From Parcubacteria group bacterium GW2011_GWA2_40_143 (lineage in GTDB: Bacteria; Patescibacteriota; Minisyncoccia; UBA9983), in the NCBI GenBank assembly GCA_000996035.1, contig LBYH01000001.1, forward strand, positions 21,676-85,675: a stretch of 64,000 nt of DNA, written 5' to 3'. Positions 51,476 through 59,407 of this stretch are shown here, in pieces. A program made the position numbers and the translations under genes. The notes under the pieces are model-generated. The model ran no database searches, was not told where the DNA came from, and was given only the letters and a program-made list of their open reading frames with translations. Numbering within the stretch: the stretch's first letter is position 1; every line of letters begins with the position of its first letter.

Positions 51476-52249
51476 CTAGCTTTCGCCGGGTTGGAAAATC
51501 TCCTTTAACGCCCAAGGAGCCATAAATTCTTGGATCGCTGAAATTGGAATATCTCCGAATATAGAAAAAGGGCCTTTGTCTTCATTACTATAATCAACTC
51601 CGACGCAGGAGGCCGAGAAAGCTTCCCGTTTCGGGGCAAACATCAAATCACAGCTTGGTTCTCCGTCATATTTAGAAAGCAGCAGCGGTTTCATTATCCT
51701 TACCGCTTCCGCCCAAGCCAAATCATCGCGAAACAGTTCGTTTCCCTCTCTCATCATTTCGCCCTTTTCAAGATCGAAAATAAGATATGTTCGCTTGGGG
51801 TCGCTGGCTTTACTGCCAGACAAATGGTCTGATGATGTAAAAGCCATGGAAATCAAACGCGGAGACATAAGCAATATTTCCGTATCTATATTGAGAGTGC
51901 TTGCTTCCCCGTTATCATCGGCGGCGGTTCTGACACCCCGAATAAAAATATCCTTCAACGCTCCGATATATCCAGCAACATCCTCGTTAATTTTTTCGGC
52001 CAAGAAATCATTGGTGTAAATAACCACATCGGGAATCCTTAAACTTATTAAGAACTTTTTTGGTTCATCCTCTATGGTAATTTTTTGCCATTTTATGACT
52101 GGCTGACTTAATTGCTTTACCACCTGAGAAACCTCTTCTTTTTTATTCCAACGCGGAGTAAATGCTAAAAATGAAATCGCGATAATTATCCCAAAAATCA
52201 CTGCGATGGCTTTTGAAAAAAATTTTCCAGACATAAAAATATCAATCAA
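51476..52249 (-). CDS. Hypothetical membrane-anchored protein
   Basis: 257 aa ORF with an N-terminal TM. Confidence 0.65.
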   Translation of the reverse strand: MIDIFMSGKFFSKAIAVIFGIIIAISFLAFTPRWNKKEEVSQVVKQLSQPVIKWQKITIEDEPKKFLISLRIPDVVIYTNDFLAEKINEDVAGYIGALKDIFIRGVRTAADDNGEASTLNIDTEILLMSPRLISMAFTSSDHLSGSKASDPKRTYLIFDLEKGEMMREGNELFRDDLAWAEAVRIMKPLLLSKYDGEPSCDLMFAPKREAFSASCVGVDYSNEDKGPFSIFGDIPISAIQEFMAPWALKEIFQPGES

Positions 52250-52507
52250 TCACCTTCAAAACACCGACGCTTCTTTTATCAACTCGGAAAAATTTTTCAA
52301 AGGCTTTAACCTCGACCCTAATATCGCGCCCAACAGAATTACCGGCGTATTTTATTTTTGTAAAATTTAGTTGAATTGATTTTATCACACCAAATTTTCT
52401 AAAACAACCCCATTTAAACTCTAATATTATACCACACCCACTGTCCAAATATGCCATCCAAGGGTAACCCTTGGATGATGGGGTGTGGATAACTTTTCTA
52501 GCTTTTT

Positions 52508-52590
52508 CTAATGGAAAGATAACCAATCATCTATCATGGTGCTAAAGTCTTGTTGAGTTAAAAAATACTCAGGAAAAGTTTCCTTGCTTA
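52508..52590 (-). pseudogene. 3' remnant of a second RAYT transposase
   Basis: LSKETFPEYFLTQQDFSTMIDDWLSFH* aligns with INKESFPEYFSNRKDFDDFINDWL of the intact copy. Confidence 0.75.
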
Positions 52591-52632
52591 GCACCACCAT
52601 CAAGGGGAGTCCTTGATGGTGGTGCTAAGCAA
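52584..52632. repeat. REP hairpin overlapping the RAYT stop codon
   Basis: 22-bp arms: ttgcttagcaccaccatcaagg-ggagt-ccttgatggtggtgctaagcaa. Confidence 0.9.
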
Positions 52633-53286
52633 AAGCCAATCGTTTATAAAATCATCAAAATCTTTGCGATTTGAAAAATATTCAGGAAAAGACTCCTTGT
52701 TAATAATCTTTCCCTCCGGCCTGTTACCGTTTTCGCTATAATCAAAATAACTTGAATAAGAATACTCGTTCAAAAAAGAACTAGCTGTGTTTTTATTTTT
52801 AATGCCACTTTCTTTCCATTCCGGCTCTATTAGTTTAACTGGATTTAAATGAATATAGGCAAAAAGATATTTTAAATACTCATCATTATCCGCATGAGTT
52901 GACTTAAAAACCCCTTGGAATAAAGCCCCCGTCCTATTATATCTCTTATTAAAATACATTGAGTATCCTGTAGCCAGCTTGCCCATAAATTTACTGATGC
53001 CTTTTTCTTTTTTCTCTTTAACAAGAAGATGGAAATGGTTAGGCATCAAACAATAAGCTCCAATATCAACAAGAGAGTCTTTTTTATTTATGTTTAATAT
53101 CTTCATCAAGGACTCCCCTTGATTTATGAGGTTGCTTATGTGCACAACATCAACATTGTTGGAAATATAAAGCAAAACAAGAAACCTTAAATAATCGGCT
53201 TTGTCCGAAAAAATATCTCTTTTTTCGGTGCCACGATTGTAGATGTGATAATATTCACCAACAGAAAAAACTATTTTTCTTTCCAT
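52600..53286 (-). mobile_element. REP-associated Y1 (HUH) tyrosine transposase, RAYT/TnpA-REP-like
   Basis: YYHIYNRG, YCLMPNHFHLL (HUH), YIHLNP and YSS motifs; flanked by REP hairpins. Confidence 0.9.
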
Positions 53287-53306
53287 GCTTTTATTTTAAG
53301 ACACTT

Positions 53307-53345
53307 ATCCCCAACCATCAAGGACTCCCCTTGATGGTTGGGGAT
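53307..53345. repeat. REP hairpin upstream of the RAYT
   Basis: atccccaaccatcaagg-actcc-ccttgatggttggggat. Confidence 0.9.
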
Positions 53346-53354
53346 GTTATAAAT

Positions 53355-54083
53355 TTATTGGAAGTTTTGAAGAAGATTTTGGAGGTCTTGGGATGTGTCT
53401 GGGTTGGCGGCGATGCCTTGTTCTAGAAGAGCTTTGGCTTTGGCTTCGTCTTTGAGAAAATTTCTATAGAAATCATAGAAATTGCGGTAAATGAAAATCA
53501 TGTTTTTACCATTTTCTATCGCCTTTTTATAACTCGCTTCCGCTTTGGTGTTGTCTTTAAGATAATAAGCGTAAAGTTCTCCCAGATTATTGTATGATAC
53601 ATAATTATCCGGACTTATTCTGCCAACGTAATTCCACACGTCCGCCGCGCCTTGATAATCGCCTATTATTTTCCAATATATCCCGAGCACCAGCCAGTTT
53701 TCCACATTTTTCGGATCCTCTCTGAGGCTGGTTGAGATTTCATTGATCTTTTCCATCGCTCTTTCCGCCAAGACTTGGTCTATGCTACTTATCGGTTGAG
53801 CGACTCTATCTAAGAGAGTGGCGCCTTCGCTATCAAGCTTTTTTTCTTCCTCTATTTTTATGGGACTAACTTTAAAATCACCATCGCCTTCAATGGCTAA
53901 ATTTGACCCTTCTATAGTCTTAATGGTGGAAGAGGCGGATTCTATATCTTCGGCAGCATTCTCCTTTGAGTTTAAAGCTAAATCCGAACCGGACTTAGTA
54001 AAGATATCTTTGGATATAAAATAACTTACTCCGCCGACCATAAGCAAGATAAAAATTATAAAAATCAGTTTGTTTTTATTCAT
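53355..54083 (-). CDS. Membrane-anchored TPR protein
   Basis: WLVLG..GDYQGA and YNNLGELY..A..YKKAI TPR motifs. Confidence 0.8.
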   Translation of the reverse strand: MNKNKLIFIIFILLMVGGVSYFISKDIFTKSGSDLALNSKENAAEDIESASSTIKTIEGSNLAIEGDGDFKVSPIKIEEEKKLDSEGATLLDRVAQPISSIDQVLAERAMEKINEISTSLREDPKNVENWLVLGIYWKIIGDYQGAADVWNYVGRISPDNYVSYNNLGELYAYYLKDNTKAEASYKKAIENGKNMIFIYRNFYDFYRNFLKDEAKAKALLEQGIAANPDTSQDLQNLLQNFQ

Positions 54084-54135
54084 AGTACTTACATATTAAA
54101 TAATTCCTTATCCTGCGTCAAACCTCGTCATCAAG

Positions 54136-54211
54136 ACCATCAAGGGGAGTCCTTGATGGTGGGGAGTTTTCATTCTTAGTATGTCCGTATCCAAGGACTG
54201 TCCTTGGATAC
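54136..54211. repeat. Two REP hairpins (54136-54160 core type; 54187-54211 variant)
   Basis: accatcaagg-ggagt-ccttgatggt and gtatccaagg-actgt-ccttggatac. Confidence 0.85.
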
Positions 54212-54238
54212 TTTATGTTGGGTAAAGATAGAAAATAC

Positions 54239-54272
54239 AAAAACCCCGTTCTCTTACGAGAACGGGGTTTTT
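54239..54272 (-). terminator. Intrinsic terminator of the S-layer-like gene
   Basis: aaaaaccccgttctc-ttac-gagaacggggttttt. Confidence 0.85.
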
Positions 54273-54311
54273 GCTAACCTCCCGCTAAAAGCGAGACACA
54301 AGATGGTTAGA

Positions 54312-57300
54312 TTACTTAGATTTGGTGTAGCTGATACCTCCTGACGGAAGCGACGTTACGTTGTAGCCGTTTATCCAATCGTAGTCATTTATTGAGTTTG
54401 TCGTTGTAGTAGCTCTTGGTGACCAGATGAAGTTATTGGCTGCTGTAGCCGCTGCCTCAATATTTACGTAGTTATCAACCAATCCGGCCAAGGAAGGATA
54501 AGCATTGTCACCCTTGAGGGTTACCGTCAAAGAATCTCCTGAAGAAACTCCTGTTATGGTAGCCACTACCTTGAAGTATCTCGTAGCGCCGGCTGGAATC
54601 TCTATTGTCGTAGAAGCGGTGCTAATTTGAGGATAAATTTCAAGGTCGGTTGAAGCTGAAGCCCAGTTGGCTTCCAAATCAACATCAGTGTTCATAAGCT
54701 TGCCTCCTGAGTTTATTCCGGAAATCGGTCCGGTAAATGAACCGTTGCTGTAACTGTCATAAGCGTAAACATTCAAGCTGTCTGCCGTTACACCAGTGGT
54801 GGCAATATTGAAGGAAAGTTTGTACAAGGACATCTTGCCGGCGCTGTCAGCAGTGATGCTGAAGCCCATGATAGTCTCATCTGTCGTACCGGACAAAGAT
54901 GATTCTATGCCGGAAAGTCTCACTACCGTCGGGAATGTTTTAAACATTCTTACGCCGGAGAAAGAAGTGGCTCCTGAAGTTGAAGTAATGGTCGTACCGC
55001 TGGAAGATCCTCTACCTTGCGCATTGCCGGCTCCAATATAGTCAACGGCAATGAGTGCTCCCTGAGTACCCACCTGGCTTGTGCCAATGGCGGCTAAATC
55101 AGCCTTAACTGTCATACTCTTTGTCTCATCTTTACCAATGATGAACTTTGAAGTTCCATCAGTGTTGGTAAGTATGGTTGATGTGCCTGTGCTACCCGTA
55201 AGGATAAGTGTGCCAACTTGCGTTGAACCATCCCACAAAGTTACCTGAGATAAATCAGAAACTGAGGAAGAGGCTGTATTGGTAAGCGTAAGTCCTAGAT
55301 AGGTAAGTTCAATGGCTTCGTTTGCTGAAGTAAAGTCAATTACTCCAAGCGTAACCGTTGAACCTGAAGCAGCTACGGCGTTCGCGGCCGGACTCTGTGA
55401 TGTGTTTTCCGTTACAGTAAGCGTGCCATTCGCTGTAAGCGCCATAGCCTGACCAGTTGAGTCATTCTCAGTAAGAGCAGCGCTTTGACCTGAAGTTACG
55501 CCTGTAACTGTCGGTAAAGCCTCGCTATCGTAACCCCAAGCGTAAGTACCGGTAGCTCCGGCAACAATATTACACTTGAGAGAAATCGTTTTCGCGGTGC
55601 CTTTTGATATAGTAAGCGGATTGTCAAGCGTGAAGGTCGTGGAAGAAGCTGAGGATGAAGTCGGGCTAAGCACATTTGAACCGGTGTTCAATGCTGTTGA
55701 GCCGTCGTATAGAACACAATTGTTCAAGTTCGTGGCGGTATTACCGAATTTCTCATACGCGAATGGGAATGAATTGATTTTTACATCTTCTCCTGATGCC
55801 GTAGCGTCAAAAATGTAGTTGGCAAAAGTGAATTCTTGCGCTCCGGCTACCACTGTTTGAGCGGCCGGATTAGTGGAAACGCTGATGGCCAAAGCCGCAG
55901 CCTTAACTGTCATTGTGTTTCCGGTTACAACAGCTGATGAAGGCGTAATTGAATTGCCTGTTGTCTGGCCGGTAATGCTAGTGAAGTCGGATGAAGGGGT
56001 AGTAGAAGCAACAACTGTTTGGTTGTTGGCAAAATCCGTACCCAATTTTCCTTTAAGTGTATATGTTCCCTTTCCTATCGGGAAAGTTACGGTGTCGGTA
56101 AAGGTTACTGTACCGTATACAGCGGCTCCTGAACCGTCGGCCGGACCGGCTACTATGTTGCCGTTTGAATCAAACAAAGCGATGTTTGTGATATCTTCAA
56201 CTTGGCCGGCAGTGCTGGTAATCTGGAAGTGGTAAACCTGCTGCGCTACCGATATGGCTTCTCCTTTGGCTTCTATCTCAAAACCTCCGAGCGTTACATC
56301 AGATACATTCTCGGCAATATTCTGAGCGGATACCGAAGTGGCCTTGGTTATCGTAAGCGAGCCTGTTGAAACTGTAGCCTGATAAGCATCAAACCATGGG
56401 TTAGCGCTTGAGAAGGCGCCGGTGTCATCCGTGGGATCTGTAGCTCCATTGGCCGGCGTTATGCCATAACCATAGGTCTCTCCCACTACGTTTACATCTG
56501 TTCTCTTGTAGATATCAAAATCTATCGTTCTGCCCGAACCGCTTACAATGTCTCCTTTGATAGACATTTCAATGCTTCCTCCTTTGTCTACTACGATACC
56601 GCTACCGAAAGTGGAAGTGTAGTATTTGCCGTCTGAGGAAACTGTTGTGTCGTAAGCAACACCGTCTATGTATGTCTTTACGTTCTCAATGTCGGAAGTG
56701 GCGGCTGAACCTGATTGATTCCATCTTATGGAATTGAATCTTACTTTCTCGGCTGAACCAGTTGTGAATTTAACTGAAGAGAAAGTGTATCCGGTGGTGC
56801 CTACCTCTTTGTTCTGACCTGATCCCGGGTCTATTGAACCCACGGCCAATGTCGGAACCGAACCGATTGAAAGCGTAGCGTTTATGGTGTGAACCGCTCC
56901 AGTAATTGGAAGTATGCCTGATACCGTGGCTGAAGTGTTGATGCCATTTATAGTAAGGGCTACAATCTGTCCGGCTCTGGTGCTGTTGTCAGCTGCCATG
57001 TTTCCGGCAATCGTCATAGTTTTTGAAGTGCCGGCTTTTACCGTGAAAGTGTCTCCTACCGTAGCCTGGTGATTTGAGTTCAAAGTTTTCTCCAAACCAA
57101 GCTGTGTGTCATTTTCATCTAAAAGCACTATTCCGGAAAAGTTTGAATCGCTTCCTAAATTAGTCCTTTCTATATTGATGCCGGTTACGGTTACATCATC
57201 GGCTCCCGCCGTGAGGGTAACTTTCGTAAACGGAACTCTTGCCGCGCTTTCCGGAGCCAATGTGGCTACCGGTTGCGTCGGGCTGGCTACCGCCAAGCCT

Positions 57301-57956
57301 GTGCCTGTCGGAACGGTTGTGATGACACTTGAGCAAGACTGGCCCGTCGTCGAGCTGAATCCTGTCGCTGAAGTACAACCTTCAGGGTATGTCGTTGTGG
57401 TTGTGGCGCAAGACTGACCCGTTGTCGGGCTGAATCCTGTCGCTGAAGTACAACCTTCAGGGTATGTCGTGGTCGTCGTGGTCGTCGTGGTCGTGGTCGT
57501 GGTTACTGAAGCCGCCAACGAATTGTACTTGGCTTGCGAAACCGAGCCAAAGTATCCTACCGCCGGTGATACGCCGTTGGCTGATTGCCACGCGGCCACC
57601 GCTGTTCTCGTTACCGGTCCGAAGTATCCGGTTGATCCTCCCGAGAATGTATAGTGCCCCGTGCTTTTCAAATAATCCTGCAAGCATGTTACGTCACTTC
57701 CTTGTGAACCTATTGTAAGGCTCTTCGTGAAGGCGCATTCTGCAGTTGCAGTGCCGCCAGTCGCTGTGCCAAGAGCGGCAATCTCAGCTTGGAGCTGCGT
57801 TATCTGCGCAAGCAACTGAGCTATTGTCTCTTCCGTAGTAAGAGCTGACGCCGTTTGAGGCGCGGCCATTACTCCAACGGAAAGGGTCAAAGCGGTTGCG
57901 AATCCAAGAACTACAGAAACAACTTTTCCTAATCTGGTATTTCTAATGTTACTCAT
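54312..57956 (-). CDS. S-layer-like secreted protein with N-terminal peptidoglycan-binding domain
   Basis: Signal peptide; LTIGSQGSDVTCLQ..TGYFGPVTRTAVAAWQ (PG-binding); poly-Thr linker; Ser/Thr-rich beta domains. Confidence 0.8.
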   Translation of the reverse strand: MSNIRNTRLGKVVSVVLGFATALTLSVGVMAAPQTASALTTEETIAQLLAQITQLQAEIAALGTATGGTATAECAFTKSLTIGSQGSDVTCLQDYLKSTGHYTFSGGSTGYFGPVTRTAVAAWQSANGVSPAVGYFGSVSQAKYNSLAASVTTTTTTTTTTTTTYPEGCTSATGFSPTTGQSCATTTTTYPEGCTSATGFSSTTGQSCSSVITTVPTGTGLAVASPTQPVATLAPESAARVPFTKVTLTAGADDVTVTGINIERTNLGSDSNFSGIVLLDENDTQLGLEKTLNSNHQATVGDTFTVKAGTSKTMTIAGNMAADNSTRAGQIVALTINGINTSATVSGILPITGAVHTINATLSIGSVPTLAVGSIDPGSGQNKEVGTTGYTFSSVKFTTGSAEKVRFNSIRWNQSGSAATSDIENVKTYIDGVAYDTTVSSDGKYYTSTFGSGIVVDKGGSIEMSIKGDIVSGSGRTIDFDIYKRTDVNVVGETYGYGITPANGATDPTDDTGAFSSANPWFDAYQATVSTGSLTITKATSVSAQNIAENVSDVTLGGFEIEAKGEAISVAQQVYHFQITSTAGQVEDITNIALFDSNGNIVAGPADGSGAAVYGTVTFTDTVTFPIGKGTYTLKGKLGTDFANNQTVVASTTPSSDFTSITGQTTGNSITPSSAVVTGNTMTVKAAALAISVSTNPAAQTVVAGAQEFTFANYIFDATASGEDVKINSFPFAYEKFGNTATNLNNCVLYDGSTALNTGSNVLSPTSSSASSTTFTLDNPLTISKGTAKTISLKCNIVAGATGTYAWGYDSEALPTVTGVTSGQSAALTENDSTGQAMALTANGTLTVTENTSQSPAANAVAASGSTVTLGVIDFTSANEAIELTYLGLTLTNTASSSVSDLSQVTLWDGSTQVGTLILTGSTGTSTILTNTDGTSKFIIGKDETKSMTVKADLAAIGTSQVGTQGALIAVDYIGAGNAQGRGSSSGTTITSTSGATSFSGVRMFKTFPTVVRLSGIESSLSGTTDETIMGFSITADSAGKMSLYKLSFNIATTGVTADSLNVYAYDSYSNGSFTGPISGINSGGKLMNTDVDLEANWASASTDLEIYPQISTASTTIEIPAGATRYFKVVATITGVSSGDSLTVTLKGDNAYPSLAGLVDNYVNIEAAATAANNFIWSPRATTTTNSINDYDWINGYNVTSLPSGGISYTKSK
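57333..57505. repeat. 75-bp tandem duplication (TTTTTYPEGCTSATGFSxTTGQSC) plus Thr-codon microsatellite
   Basis: Copies begin at 57333 and 57408 on the + strand. Confidence 0.85.
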
Positions 57957-58523
57957 AATTTATTTATATCTTTATAATAACGATTCCACGATTCTCACTT
58001 GCTTCGTTTTTAAACAAAGCTTGCGTCAAACCGCAAAACCATTTTTGCGCGGACTTAATTTGGTTTCGACTTCCGCCAAATGCCCGACGCATTAACTAAC
58101 CAATAATTTCAAAGCCAGCCTCTTTTAAAATTTTTAATTTTAGGCTGGCTCGTTCCGCTAAAAACGGAACGGCGAAAATTTAACTGATTAACATTTTGTC
58201 TCTCGCGAATCTTTCTATCATATAGTGAGGTGTCAGTGTTTCGGAAAATTTTTTCCATCTTGTTTCTTTATTCTTTTTTCAACGTTCTGGCAATAAATCT
58301 AAAACAAGCAAGTTACAAAAATCATACATTCGTTCCGCCTTTCTGTAATTATAATACACTAAGGTCATTACTGACAAATACACATGTGGATAACTTTAGG
58401 CGCTTGTATGCGAATAAAGACTTGCTTAGCCCAAAACACCTTATTTTTAAACATTAAAAAACTGGTGCAAAGGACTATTAAATATTACACTAGGATATAT
58501 TTAATGTCAATTAAACCTTGATT

Positions 58524-59249
58524 TTAGACAGACTCGTAAGTTCGCCATCTTTTATCTCCTTTCGCCAGTACCCTTCCCATGCGCGCCAGATCAAGCAAAT
58601 CTCTCTGGGTGGCCTTGGTACTCACGGAGCCTTCAAAAATAGCCGATATTTCGCCCACGGTTTTTGGACCGCCGGCCTTCAAAAACACCGTTATCTTATC
58701 TTTGCGATTTTCCGGATCAAGCGATTTTCCGGCTGTATTGCCCCCACTTTCTTCTCCTAAAATTAACGTTTTTTCCGACACTCTGCCCGCCCCGCTACTT
58801 GTCCCGCGATAAGTGGGAACAGCGGCGGTTTTGCTTGGCGCGGGCAATCTAATCTCTCCTATCGGGGCGATAATGTCACCGGTGGTAATCTTTTTATTTT
58901 TCCCTTCTATAAAATTTTTGAGATTAAGATATTCCCTTTTGAGAATATCAAAATTTAAATTGGACACATACACGCCAATGGAGACCAGCTCAAGAGTCTT
59001 AATAATACGAAAGAAGTTCCCCATTGTTTCTTCAATCAATCGCCCTTTGTCTTTTATAAATCTAATGGACATAACATTCTCATGCAGGTGCATGGCAGTG
59101 TCTCTTAGTGTCCATTTGATTGGTTCCTTATCGGACATCAAGTCTGTAACCCTATATAAAGCAGCGGTTATTCTTTGTATTCCGTCCGTTATTTGTCCAT
59201 AAATGTCCTTTAGCTCTTTATCTTGATTGTTTTGTGTTTTGCCGTTCAT
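58524..59249 (-). CDS. Hypothetical protein with C-terminal DeoR-like winged HTH
   Basis: TVGEISAIF..VSTKATQRDLLDL..G..GDKRW. Confidence 0.7.
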   Translation of the reverse strand: MNGKTQNNQDKELKDIYGQITDGIQRITAALYRVTDLMSDKEPIKWTLRDTAMHLHENVMSIRFIKDKGRLIEETMGNFFRIIKTLELVSIGVYVSNLNFDILKREYLNLKNFIEGKNKKITTGDIIAPIGEIRLPAPSKTAAVPTYRGTSSGAGRVSEKTLILGEESGGNTAGKSLDPENRKDKITVFLKAGGPKTVGEISAIFEGSVSTKATQRDLLDLARMGRVLAKGDKRWRTYESV

Positions 59250-59407
59250 TTTTTATTGCTTAAATATGTCCTTTAAACATATCTTAATGGACAAACCGGT
59301 TCTGTAAAGAAAAAACCAATCCACATCATAGTAGTCAAACTTTCGCAAACAATACTATTTCATAATTCAAAGTAAAAGTTGTATAATAAATAAGTAAATT
59401 AGCAGAA

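Noticed and set aside
51398-54211. Repeated palindromes as a CRISPR array
   Set aside because: Spacing is irregular, genes intervene, orientations are mixed and there are no cas genes; a RAYT explains them.
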